Shown piece by piece: positions 22,159 through 34,918 of a stretch of DNA of 64,000 bases. The DNA lies in contig OZ037842.1 of assembly GCA_964035575.1 (NCBI GenBank), forward strand, positions 496,001-560,000, in the 5' to 3' direction. A model generated the notes under the pieces. It was not told where the DNA came from and did no database searches. It saw nothing but the letters and a program-made list of their open reading frames with translations. A program made the position numbers and the translations under genes. Positions within the stretch are counted from its first letter, which is position 1, and the number at the start of each line of letters is the position of its first letter. Source of the stretch: Rhynchopus sp. YZ270_cl-10. Lineage: Eukaryota.

Positions 22159-24982
22159 TCAAATTTTCACAAGAGACGTTGTGCAGAAGATGTCTCTCAG
22201 CGCAGGTGTCTGGTTTGGCAATGCCCTCGACTGTGCCTCAGCGAGCAGTGCATTTGCCACATCCACACCAGGCAGCTCACAGCCTTGAAGTTCCTGCATC
22301 GCATCATGCAGCTTCCCCTCGTAGATGTAAAGAACTGCCTGGTTCAGGTGGCGGTAAGGGTCGTTCGTGTCCTGCTGGTCAAGTTGGTACATCCACTCCT
22401 CGTTCCCAGCCTTGTGCCGTGAAATGATCTCATGCAGCATGGTCGACCTGTTGTTCAGTGTCGCCACCTTAACAACCTTCCGCAAAACAAGACGCTGTTT
22501 CGCCTCGTTGCTCACATCCCCGCATGCAAGGAGCTGCACACCCCACCGCCGTCCACACCGCTCAAGGGCACGCACGTTGCACGACACAGCTCCAATGATT
22601 CCGTACTTCTTCAGCCCTGTGCAACCCATTGTCCCGCACATCGCCTTCCCTGAAGACACTCCACAGTTCACTTTCAGGCTCTCTCCAAGTGTTTCACGGA
22701 TGTGGATGCCGAGTTCTGCAGCCTTTAGTGCGTAGCTCGACGCGAACAGTGCGGTGTTGAAGGAGACGGTGATACGGTCGCCTGACACGTCTTCGATGAT
22801 GCCACGGAACTTCTTTGCACCGGCAACCATTGTGTCGCAGTAGCGTGCAAGCACTTCGTTGACTGTCTGCGTGTTTGTGATTGTGTGCAGGTCAGCGACA
22901 TTTGAGACAAGCAACGCTATGCTTTTGTTCTTCAAACCTTGCACAAATATCTTTGTCATAGGTTGCTGCTGGCTGCTTGAGTGCATGTGGGAAGACGACC
23001 GTGAAGTCGAAGCACGCCCACCAGAGAGGGTCTCACCTACCGTCTTGGGAACGTCGGTCTCGTCCTCGGTCTGAGACTCAACAAGCACACTCTGTGGAAG
23101 GTACTGACGGTACTCAATCAGGTTTTTCATCATCTGTTTGAAGGACTGCTCCATTGCACACACTTCTGAGAGTGAACTCAGAGGCCTATCGGCGTCAACA
23201 CTATCCAAGTCCATAATAGCAACGTGTGACATGTCCTCCATGAGTTGGATCAGAGGCTTTGTGATGCGGAAGACAAGGTACACCGTCAGCCCAATAGGGA
23301 TCAGCGCAGCAACGACAACAACAATGTAGAGAATCATGCGTGCCTCTTCAAGGTCGTCGTCCACCTTTGCCTCCTCTGCACGGATGTTCTCCTGTGTTGC
23401 TGTGTTCAGATCGTCCACCTCACCAAGGATGTACTCCCTGTCAATCAGTGCCACCACGTACCAGTTCAGACCACGTCCGTTGTCGAACAGTTTCACGCTG
23501 TAAAGTGCAAAGTTATAAGTGTATCTCATTGACATATGACATACGTGACAAAGAACTCCTCATCATCAGGACGGCGTGTCGTGTTCATCATGAAGGATCC
23601 AGGAACGCCTTGCTGCAACAGGTGTTCTGCATTGGTTGTGGTGTATGTTTCGTTGACCACATGTGGCAGCGTGAGGTAGTCCACTGTGCCTGCAACCAGT
23701 GGGTCGTCGGTGTCCTTCGCAGGCATGGGCACTTCATAGGCGCCAGTGAAAGACCTGTAAGAATGTGGATAGATACATAACTGTAAAACAAACAAAACTC
23801 GTATTACGCTGTGCCTCTTGTGCACACACATTCGCTTACATGATTGACAGCATGCGGGAACACGATGGGTTTGAAACTTGGTTATATCTTCATCGCAGTG
23901 ACGGTTGTTCAGGATGATGCCGTCACCCTATGAGATTGCATTACAGGCCAAGGCACGGTACTTGACTCTCGAACAAAACAAACATACGTTCCGTGCGACG
24001 TCCCTGCCATGTACCAATGCTGCCAGCCTTCCACCACCCAGTTGTGACGCACTGTCGCAAACACCCTTCCCAGACTTCCCTTCCCGAGGTCAAGGGTCTT
24101 CAGAAACGCTGTGATCTTCCTCATATCTGTACCGGCGTACGTTATCCCAACGCGATTGCCTGCATTGTCAACGTACACACACTGTGAGATGACCCCGACG
24201 TAGTAGCCCAGGTCCGTCAATGGAGAGTACATGCTGTACCCAACCGGTTGGTAGTTCAGGAGTGCCAAGTGCTTTGCCTCGATGTTATGGTATGGGTTGT
24301 TGCAGGGCACATCGAACTCTTTGCCTCGTGAGTTGACAGCTCGCTCTGATGTTGCAAGGCAGTCCACAGGGTAAGCTGGATAGTGGTCATTGGGGTAGCC
24401 GTACGCATCACCAGACCCATTAGGAAAGACATCTCCCTGAACGCTTCTATTTACCGCAGGCAGGGTGGTCATGTGGTCGTAGTCAGTGCCGTTGTTGACC
24501 AGACTATTGAGATGCATGTAGCCATCAGGGCGGATCCCGAGGGTAAGAAAGCTCTCAAACATCTGCATCGTCTGCAACTTCGTGGTCACAATGCCCACCC
24601 CATCATAGTTGTCGTTACGAGCGACCATGTGGTAGAAAAGCTTCCGCCAGCTGTAGATGTAGTCCCAGGAGGTCATCACGGCGGTCGTCTCGGTCATTAT
24701 CTGGTGGCAGATCTGGTCGCTTGCATCGTGAACAGTGACAAAGAAAGCGGAAAACTGCCTGACAACAGAGTCGGCCTGCTGGTTGAGGTACAACTCCGAC
24801 AGCTTCACAACAGTGGTGCTCCCAACATCAAAAGCACTGCCGACAGACTCCTGCAGCAGGTCTTCTGTGTCACGCAGGGCAGAGTCACCACTCCACACTG
24901 CCATCGACGTGCACAGACAGGCCACCGCAGCGATGCAGAACACCACAAGCCCGACATTCAGCGCCCTGATCGATACAATCAT
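22159..24982 (-). CDS. Receptor-type cyclase-like protein, copy 3 (3 exons, 847 aa)
   Basis: Exons 24982-23988, 23754-23545, 23497-22159. GTATGT...CAG introns of 233 and 47 nt; 2544 nt in frame; same domain order as copy 2. Confidence 0.85.
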
Positions 24983-27424
24983 TGTGTACAAATGTGCTGA
25001 GTGGTGTGTGTGAGATAGTGCGGGGGAAGTGGTACGGTGGAAAGTGGTTCAACGAAACAGGACATCTATTTCTTTCCTCCTACCATCCACGAAGCTTCCC
25101 TCATTTGCACAAAGCCCAGTCACCCACTATCAACCAAAGAACGAACACAGCCATGCAGAACATCACTGAAGTGAGACTGCCAAACTGTGCCGCACTTTGC
25201 ATCCAGAGGGCTGTGCCTGGGAAATGAAAACTGAAAACAATTTTTTGGTGAACAGAAACGGAGACAACACATGCAAAACATAGATTGGTGCAATCGGTGT
25301 GGGTGCTGAGAGTATCACACAGAGGCCCCACACATGCACGATGTATCTTTGCTGTGTTTGCAACACTGTACGGTTCACAACAGATTATTTTTCCTCGAAT
25401 GAGTACATACACATCAAACGATGGGGTGAAACTGGTAGGACCAACACCATTGCAGAAACGGACAAAAGCAAATGACTGTAAGATGAACCTAAGCCTCACT
25501 CAACGCTTAGTCACCTCAGTAAACAAAAAGAAGTTGAATGCAAAACACTATCGCGCTCATACGAAATCAAAAACAAAAAGCATAAGAAGCTAAGCCCTTG
25601 CTTAGTCATCAAAAAAAAAAGATTTAACATAGAGTGGCCAGAAGACTCAGGCTGTACGGAACACTGCGATGGTGAGACTGCTCCCCTTTTATCTCTCTAT
25701 TGATGGGGATCTGTCCGCATGTATACCAAAAGTCGATTTGCCATGTAGAAAAAAAAAAATATCAACGAGTGTAACAATGAGGCTAAAACGCCAGCTATCA
25801 AAGAGCACCACTGCTGAAGGGGGACACATAGCATGTGATAAAAAAAATAACTCAAAATTCATAAACTTTCCATTGAGAAAGCGCACACAAGAAGGACGTT
25901 AAAACAGATCCAGTCTTTTAACAATAAAGAAAAAGTTGAGAGGAGAATATGCGTGCATACACATCTTTTTCCAGCGTTATCGAGGGTGTTCACGCTCCTG
26001 TTGCCGGAAGCGAAACGGCGAAACGGCACTTAGCAATAATATTGTGCCTGCATACACATCGCAAAAATAAAAGAAAGGTTTATAAGATGATCCTAAGCCT
26101 CTCGTGCTCAGTCACCTTAGCACCACCAAATAAAAGATCGCTAAAAAAAGGCTGCCCACACCTAACAGGGTGTAGGGCAGTACCCTCATGTCTTTATATT
26201 AGGACATAGGCGGCACTTCAGCATCTAGAGGTAGTGTTGCGAAGAAAGAACTTTGGTATAACCAAATGTAGAAAGAAAAATGCAAGGGGGTAGGGGAGGG
26301 CAAAAAAAAAAAAAAGAAAAAAAATGTTGAAAAATCGGGAGTTGAGGAAGTGGAAGTGGAAGAGAGGAAAGTAAAGATTGTGGTTTTCGTTATAAACAGA
26401 AAAACGACGCATGCCATGCAGATGACACACAAATGACAAGCCACTTTATGTGGCGAGGAATGAAGGATATAAAGTGGAAGAATGCTGAGCACACTCAGGT
26501 TCAAAGAAATAGATTTTGTGCAGTGTCAACAATCACCTGCTAATGCAGGATCTGTACTCAATATTGCCCGAAGGCTGTATACTTTAAAATATATACACAG
26601 GTCGCCCCCCTTTTTGAGCGATGATTCAATTTTTTTCAATTCAACTGGCGTACTGTTGACAGTCCAAGTATATTTTAGCGTCCACTAAAAAGAGCGGAGG
26701 TGTGTAGTGTGGAGCGCATCCTTTGGGTGTCTGTTTACACAGGGTTGGAGCGTGGTAAAACCCCAAACCGGGTCAAATGGGATCGTTTTCTAAAATACCC
26801 AATCCACGCTCCAACTCTGGGCCAAGTTTTCAACAAAAAAAAAAAAAAGGTTCGGGGATTGACATCTGAAAATCAATGTAGCGCAAATTTTGTGTGTTTG
26901 TGTACACTGAGATTCTGTTGCTCTCGCACAGACAAAATATTGTGTGTTTTGTAAATTGGTTATATTCCAGGGAATTTCCTGTGGACGTTTTCTTTCTTTT
27001 TTCTGAATTACCATTTCTTGGAAAGGAGAATGTACAATCCCTAGAATCTCCAAGAAAAATGGAGTCGGCGGGCTAATGAGGAAAATTGCCTTTCCTAAAC
27101 GTGCACACAACAAAAAGGGGGGAGGTGTCATCACTCACCTATATCATTGAAATAACATTGCTTACCAATGGTACACTCCAATGCTGCCCCCCTCTTTTCT
27201 TCTATGTGGCATCGTGCATACTTTTTTTTAGGAGTTCGAATTCCTCTGACCGCGAGAGGGTGTTACTAGGTTTTAGGTTATATTTTTTTTCAGCCAATAC
27301 CCCCCCATGAACGCATTTTGTTGCATCGGCAATCACCAAAGAAGAAGAGATAGATAGTTTCTGTGCGCGATGCCACCCGAAGGCTAGTATACCCATTTTT
27401 TTTTTTTTTTTTTGTAGTTTCGAC

Positions 27425-30139
27425 CAGGGTAGATCCTTAGCGAAAGTGAAAATAAGGATTCGAGTTTTTTTATTTTTTTTTCCTTTTTTTTTTTCCTTTT
27501 TTCTCTGGCCCATTTTTTTGGTTACCTACTAATTTCCAGCCACAGAGTGGCACCACCACGGTCCGCAATCGATCCGGAAAGTCAAAATAAGGGGGAAACC
27601 AAAAGGAAAAAAAGTAAAAGTTCGCTACCGTTTTTTGGCTGGCCTTCGGCCCGCCAATGCCCCTTTAATATTTGTCTTCACTTCATAAGACAAGGACCAA
27701 TGAGTGTCAATTCTCAGTGTCACCTTGCATAAGACAATTTTGAAGCATATTTTTGAAGAACACAATTACTATGTCCACAAACCCGCAAAGCGGACCATTG
27801 TAAAAGGGTTGGTGCTGAGGGTGGAGGTTTCGAAGAAGTGCGTGTGTGTTAAAGGTCGGGTATGAGTAAATAAAGACTTCAACCGGACCAAGGCAGAGAC
27901 ACAACACTGTTAGGCCAAAATCCAAAAACCCATAGGGCCCCAGCAGCATTGTTGTCGAAAATCCCCACTTAATTTTTGGTGGGATTTTGAACTTTGCCCA
28001 AAACCTGCGGAAAAAAATTTCCGAAAAATTACAAGAGGCCGCCCCGTACCCCCTCCAAGCAAATAAAAAAGTAAAAGAATGCCCTTCCTCAGTCCGGAAG
28101 TATCACCTCAACCGGTCACCTGCCGTAAAAGAGAGAGAGGTTACAGAAAAAGAAGAAAAAGTAGATGTCAAAAAAAAAAAAAAAAAAAAAGGGAAATAGT
28201 CAGATTTACCCTACCCTATTTTGAAAAAGTTCAGACTTGCCCGAAATAAGTTCAGACTTGCCCTAAAAGTGTTTTTAGGGCAAGTCTGAACTTATTTCGG
28301 GCAAGTCTGAACTTATTTCGGGCAAGTCTGAACTTATTTTTAGGGCAAACACTTTTTTTAGGGCAAGTCTGAACTTTTTTAGGGCAAGTCTGAACTTTTT
28401 TAGGGCAACCCTGCACTTATTTATTGGGCAAGCTGGGGGCTCTTGGGTTACAGAGCCCGGCGGTCGTCGTTTTTGCGTTTCTGTTTAGGGCACGTATGGG
28501 CTATTCGCGACGAGTCCTGGTAGTGAAATGAGCAACCTATGGTATGGAGCTTTTTTTCCATGCAACTGAATTTCCTCGTGTCCAGGACACCCCACTTTCC
28601 GAGCAAAATTAAATAATGACACAAATGGGAGGGGAAAACCCTCTGACCTTTATCATCACTCTAAAAAACTCTCAGGTACCGCACCGCAGTACCGCACCAC
28701 GATCCGAGACCCGTACAGAACAGAGACCAGAAAAAAGACTTCCGCACCCAAACGCGACTCCTCATAGAACACGACGTAGTAGTAACAAAAAAAAAATACC
28801 GATTACTGCAGTAAGTACAAAGCCTTTGGGCGACATTGTACAGGTCCTACATCATGTACGTAAAATTGTCGATACAACCAAAGAAAAGCATAGTGGTGCA
28901 CCCTCGGGTGTCTGCACTACTGCAACAACTATTTCTATAGCTACAGTTTCCCCACCTCTACCTTTAACTTTTTATACGAGGATGTAATTCTCCGGGATTA
29001 CTCCGCGATTGTCGTCACAACAAAAAAGTCCAGAGGACTTGTTGGTCGCCTTACTCATTTGGATCAACGGTATGTATATGCTACTCATTACAATGTTAGC
29101 CACTTCTATTGCCAGACACCGGGGCAAATAGTAAGTGCAAGAAAACTGCTTTTTGGAAACCAGGAAAACATGATGGACACTCCACTCCACGTGCGGACAT
29201 GTTTGGCACTTCTGCATGCGTGCAGTATCCAAATGTGTCCCCGTGGGAACAAAGTGATAAAGATGTGTCCACTGTGTACAGGGAAAAAACTTTGCGCTCC
29301 CCCGGACAGTGCACAATTCAACCCCTTGTTGTGGGTGGTCTTGTTGCCTTTTGGAACAACAACAATTTTTCCACGTTGTTGCATTTTGGCCAGGCATGCT
29401 CTTGAAAGCATGACAATTTGATTGCGTATGGACAAAGCAAATAACCAAGTATGAATTCTGAGTTGAAATGTGAGAGATGTTGTGGGAAGGGGAGTTCGCT
29501 CCTTTCAACGATGACCTCGTTGTTCTTCAATAGGCATGTCTTAACCGACCACATAAATAAAATTGTGCCGGCCTCGAAGGATTCTAAGCAAACCCGCGTG
29601 GTAGCTAAACACTGACTCTCTCTCAATTCAACAAAGAAGGAATACTTGGTAATTTGTGGAGCACCCGTGCATGAAAATTGTAAAACTTTGCGCCCCACGT
29701 TGCCCCAGAACACGGCTTCCTTTGTAACCGGTTCTGGCCCAACGTGGACTGCCTGTTCACCCTTTCCGGGTGGCTGGTGGTTTCTGGCATCAATTTTTGG
29801 GCTCCGGCTCGGTTAGGCATTTTAGGGCAATGAAACAAGTCATACCACCATACCATGGGGCCCCAAGAGTGCCCCAGCCAAAGTGGCCTGACTTGTTGCC
29901 CTAAAATAAGTTCAGACTTACCCTAAAAATAAGTTCAGACTTGCCCTAAAAAAGTTCAGACTTGCCCTAAAAAAGTTCAGACTTGCCCTAAAAAAAGTGT
30001 TTGCCCTAAAAATAAGTTCAGACTTGCCCTAAAAACACTTTTAGGGCAAGTCTGAACTTATTTTCGGGCAAGTCTGAACTTTTTCATAGGGCAAGTCTGA
30101 ACTTTTTCAAAATAGGGTAGGGTAAGTCTGACTATCTCC

Positions 30140-30179
<40 letters not shown>

Positions 30180-31024
30180 CGCTGCGCTCGTGGAGGTTCA
30201 CCCAATGCGGTCTCGCCTACCCAAACTGCTGGTGCATTGGCACTACCTATTTAATTTTGAAAATTTTCTTGCTAATGCCGGGCACTACCACTTTTTTTCA
30301 GAATGTTTCTAGAAAGTATTACCCTTGTCAGAGGGCGCAGTGTCCGACAAGGGTCACAGCCAGAATGCGATTTAATTGGTCAAATGCCGAAGGAAAAGGA
30401 AGCATGCGAAAGAAAAAAAGTAGCGTACCGTGCGCCTGCGGCGCAAGATTGTAACCCACCCTTCCCATGACTAGTTTGGCAGTAAAAATGTGCAATTTTG
30501 AGCGCAATTTTTTGAAATGTTTCGTACCGTGGCTTCGCCAGGAACCTTTGGGTGCCATGACCACCGTTTCTTTTTGTAAATATACTGAGGTCACTGCGCG
30601 TGCCTGGTGCAAATATCAATACAGTGCCGAACTCCGCAGTAGGATAACCGAGGAATTCTCACATTCCGCCGGAGGCCCCAAACGAGCTGGGTTGGGCTCG
30701 ACCGAGATTCAGCGAAAACCCCCAAAACCTATATTATCCCCTGGGGTATAGTTCTACGACAGCTGATATGTGTAAAAAAACACCACTATTCTGCCTCAGT
30801 ACAGTACCAACCTGCTTGTTGGATTTTTTTTTAGACCGTCACTCAATTTTTCCGCTCGCTGCGCGAGCGGAAAAACCATCAACCCCCACGATTCCCAAAA
30901 AACCTGAAAGTTAGCGTCAGGCCTGCGCGGAAAAATTTGAAAAACGGGAGAGAAAAAAAAAGGAAAAAAACGAAAATAAATCTGGGATTATTAGCGTTTT
31001 TAGCGAAAATAAGGATCTACCCTG
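27425..31024. mobile_element. hAT-like non-autonomous element (3.6 kb including a nested insert)
   Basis: 15-bp perfect TIR CAGGGTAGATCCTTA; perfect 8-bp TSD GTTTCGAC (27417-27424, 31025-31032). Confidence 0.9.
28191..30140. mobile_element. MULE/Foldback-like element (1950 bp) nested in the hAT-like element
   Basis: Long TIRs GGGA(A/G)ATAGTCAGA(T/C)TTACCCTACCCTATTTTGAAAAAGTTCAGACTTGCCC followed by arrays of AGTTCAGACTTGCCC; poly-A on both flanks, so TSD length is unreadable. Confidence 0.85.
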
Positions 31025-32010
31025 GTTTCGACAATCATCTGTCCGAGGACGGGTTCTGTACAACAAAGTCGCCCGAAGGCTAATGAATTTTAAAGGTACA
31101 GATGAGTTCATCCTCAACCCAAAGAATTCTCTTTTTTAGAAAAATATTTTTCTTCATTTTTACAAAACGGGCGAGGATACTCACATTTCTTTTTCTTTTT
31201 TGTATCGACAATCACTTTACACCTACTGGTATAGATATATGCGTATAGACGCAGATCATCCTCAACCCTTAAGAGCAACTTTTTATTTCACAGATTTCAC
31301 TATTTTCCAAATTCACGCTTAAAGGTGGTTACAGGCAACAGAAAAAGTTTCTGCCCTGTGAGTAAAGAACAGGAGGAAGAGAAGGAGGGGGTGTAGCGCA
31401 ACAACCTAATGAGGTCTAGCACGGGGCAGGAGCGCTCTGTCTTTTTTTTTTTTTTTTTTGTTTTTTTTTGTTTTTTGTTTTTTTTTTTTTTTGTTTTTTT
31501 GTTTTAAATTTTTGCTGTTTACAGTCGACCAATCACCTCCGAGTCTGTGCTCAATGTCGCAAGGCTATTGTACCCACAAAGACAGCGATAATTTTCTTCT
31601 GGAATGGTGGAGCTACCATCTGTACAACACCTCCACCATTCCTATGTTTTTTTCCCGCTTTCTGGAATGATCACAGAGGGGGGTGGTGACAACTCCTGTG
31701 GATGTCAAGACAAGTCGCACTGCAATAAAACGAAATAAAATAAAATGAAACCAAAACGAATTAAAATTTGAAGCACGAATGTGTTCTTTGTTGCACATTA
31801 CAAAAAAAAAAAAAGCAAAAAATGGTGTGACTGAAAAAAGAAAGAAAAAAGGTCTATTTTGTTGTTCTTGTCTGGTACAAAGTACCGGTATTTTCGTCAT
31901 TTTCAGATTTTCAAAACATTTTCAAATCAAACAAACAAACAAACAAACGAAAAGTAGAACGACGCACCTAGTCTGCAGACTGCAGCCAGCTTCTGTGAAG
32001 GTAGCAACAG

Positions 32011-33486
32011 CAGGGTCCTCAAGGGGGTGCAAAAAAAAATTTTTGCACCCAAAAAAAAAAAAAAATAAAAAATTCGGGGGGTGCAAAAAATATTTTTGCA
32101 CCCCCCCAAAAAAAAAGAAAAGTTTATAAGATGATCCTAAGCCTCTCGTGCTTAGTCACCTTATCATATTCGTTATCGCACAGCTTCAGCTGCGCTGGCT
32201 TCTACAAGTTTGTTGTCAGGGATGATGTCATTTCCCCAGCCGGAGTTCGTAATTTTGGCACGTACGATGACGTGTTCGAGCATGTGCATAGTGTAGCGCG
32301 GGTACGTAAAAACTGGGCGACGGTCGTAGCCTATAAGTCCGGGTGCGCCAATGGACCGGAGGCCCCGTGAGGAGGAGATGGCAGATGCGGGAAATGGGTT
32401 TTGGATCCCAAGAGCTTTGCACAGGCGGTGAAGCTTGTTGAGCAATGTGCGCAAGGCAGAGGCCCGTTCTCTAATGTTAGAGGTTGGCCGGAGAACGTAG
32501 ATCCTGTGGAAAATTTCCAAGTCAATGGCAAGTTCCACGCATGTCACAGGCAGGTTGGCGGTGCTCCATTTCAGGGAGGAGGCCCATTGGAGCATTCGCT
32601 TCAGTTCGTGGCGCTTCTGCTTGCATCTCGGATCATCGTCCTTCCCAAAGAAAGGGGCGAGCTGCCGGTAGATGGCCTCCTGGTATGGGGGCGCATCGAA
32701 CACTTCAAAGTCCATACGCCATGGGTGGCGTGCAGGCGCTGTGGTCGTCCGCGAGGACAGGTGATCATCTACTGCGGTGGTGACGTCCAGCAGGTATCTC
32801 TGCGTGTCAACGACGACTTGCTTGGGCGTGTTCGTGGGAGCTATGCCATGCATAGCCAGGCAACTCGGGGTGTTCGGGCCGATCCTGTCAAAAAAAAAAA
32901 AAAAGTTTTTTTGGGGCGAAAAAAATTTTTTTGAGGGGGTATTTCAGGCTTCAGCAGGGATTCTCTGGCTTTTCGTCAGCACCACAACGGACACAGCCAA
33001 GCACCACTCGGTGGCTGTCACACTCACAATGTGTGAAAGTGGTGCCAGGGATGCTCCCTGTGATTGTCGCCACCTTTAGCAGTTCCAGGAAAGCAAGCGA
33101 AGTGATTATGTGGAAGTGTATTTCGTTTTATGCATGGGTACTGAGTGTAATTTTCCGCTCGCTGCGCTCGCGGAGGTACACATTAAAAATTTTTTCCGCT
33201 CGCTTCGCGAGCGGAAAGCCCCAATGTGAAATAAAAAAACGGGCGCGGAAAAATTTTTTTGAGCCTCCCACGATTTCACAAAAAGCCCAAAAAAATTAGC
33301 GTCAGGCCCTGGTTTCCCCATTTTCCCGTGAATTTTCACACCTCTACCAACTATGTCAGGGAGGAGCGCGCGCGACGACCGCTTGTCTGGGGAGAAAGCT
33401 CGGAATAGACTTTTCTGAAGGGTTTTGTACAGAAAAATTTTTGCACCCCTAAAATTCCCAGAGGGGGGTGCAGGCTGAGGACCCTG
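32011..33486. mobile_element. hAT-like non-autonomous element containing a LINE-like fragment
   Basis: TIR CAGGGTCCTCA; perfect 8-bp TSD AGCAACAG (32003-32010, 33487-33494); subterminal GGGTGCA/TGCACCC repeats. Confidence 0.85.
32126..32889 (-). mobile_element. 5'-truncated non-LTR retrotransposon-like fragment (ORF C-terminus plus 3' hairpin)
   Basis: ORF 32853-32173 ends ~10 nt before the AAGGTGACTAAGCACGAGAGGCTTAGGATCATCTT hairpin; both flanks are A-run+GTTT (32108-32125, 32890-32907), consistent with a TSD. No RT domain is visible, so LINE identity is inferred. Confidence 0.6.
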
Positions 33487-34057
33487 AGCAACAGTCATAT
33501 AAAAAAAAAAAAAGGGTTGTTATTGAGGCAGGCACCTCCGGCTGACCCTATGCCAGCCCCGGATGAAAACACAATAAAAAAAGAAAAAATGAAACAATAT
33601 ATATTGGGAAGATGAGCTTAGCCTCGTGCTCAGTCATCTCAGTGAAAGGTGGAAGTTGATTACGTGCAGACGGAGGTAGAGCATGTCACGTACAAGAAAA
33701 AGGACGTCACAAGGAAGAGGAAAGATCCTGTGGAAGTGTTCTTTATAAAAAAAATGAATGATCGGATTTTAAAGGCAGCTAACTGAGTACAAAACAGGGA
33801 AATAGCTACTAAGGCTGAATTATGCGACTTGGCATAATTCTGGTTAATTCTGATTTTGGAGAAAACCCAAGCTATTTCCCTGGTACAAAAAAAAACAAAA
33901 AAAAACGAGTCACTTTCAGTGAACCAGGGAGGTGGGGCTCACAACTACGCAATGCACCTACCCTTTTGTTGGAGGTAACCGCACACCAGGGAACGGATCT
34001 ATGAGTTGCTGGTACAGCAGGTAGCAAGGTAGCAAGGTGGGGTAGCAACAGGGTGTC

Positions 34058-34212
34058 AAGCCAAAGCCAAAGCCAAAGCCAAAGCCAAAGCCAAAGCCAA
34101 AGCCAAAGCCAAAGCCAAAGCCAAAGCCAAAGCCAAAGCCAAAGCCAAAGCCAAAGCCAAAGCCAAAGCCAAAGCCAAAGCCAAAGCCAAAGCCAAAGCC
34201 AAAGCCAAAGCC
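34058..34212. repeat. (AAAGCC)n satellite, ~26 units
   Basis: Perfect tandem hexamer. Confidence 0.98.
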
Positions 34213-34918
34213 AAAATTAACAAACCGAACCAAACAAACCAACTAGATAATGAAAATATAAAGACATCAAGAAAGGAGACTAGCAAAAAGTAAAAAGGGG
34301 AGGGGGGATTGAAATGCCCTTGGAAAAAAAATGGATTGTACCAAAGTTGTAATACTGACTAAAACTAGTCACATATTTCACTAGAAAATCAAAAGGCAAG
34401 CCAGCGCTGAGCAATAGAAACTAGAAAATACGACACCAACGTGCAGACGCCGTCCAGACGAAAGCGCGTAAAGCAAATCACGCACGTCGAAAAATATAAA
34501 GGAACCATAAAAAAGGTGTATGTGATGTACACACACACAACAATGATAAAACTCAAATACGAAGCTAAGAAAAGAGGGCTACAAATAGCGTAACGACAAA
34601 CTCTTTTCAAGTGCATCAGAGCGTTAATGTATAGAAAATGAAAGCTGTCCACAGCAACAAGTGTTGCTGGACAAAACAAGTCGTCGTCGTCATGAATGAC
34701 CGACACTACTTTAAATCTAACTACAAAGTAAACTTGCACGATCAAGACTCGCATATCAAGAAGACAAGACACCAAATAGAACAACACTATAGTGCACATG
34801 TTCCTGTTGCCACCCTTGCACAGGGTGTCAACTGTTCGTAACATAGCTCGTTAGGCTATGTGGCGCAGGCTGGGCAGCACTCATTCACTACATCTTCGCA
34901 GAAATATGTGCGCAGAAA

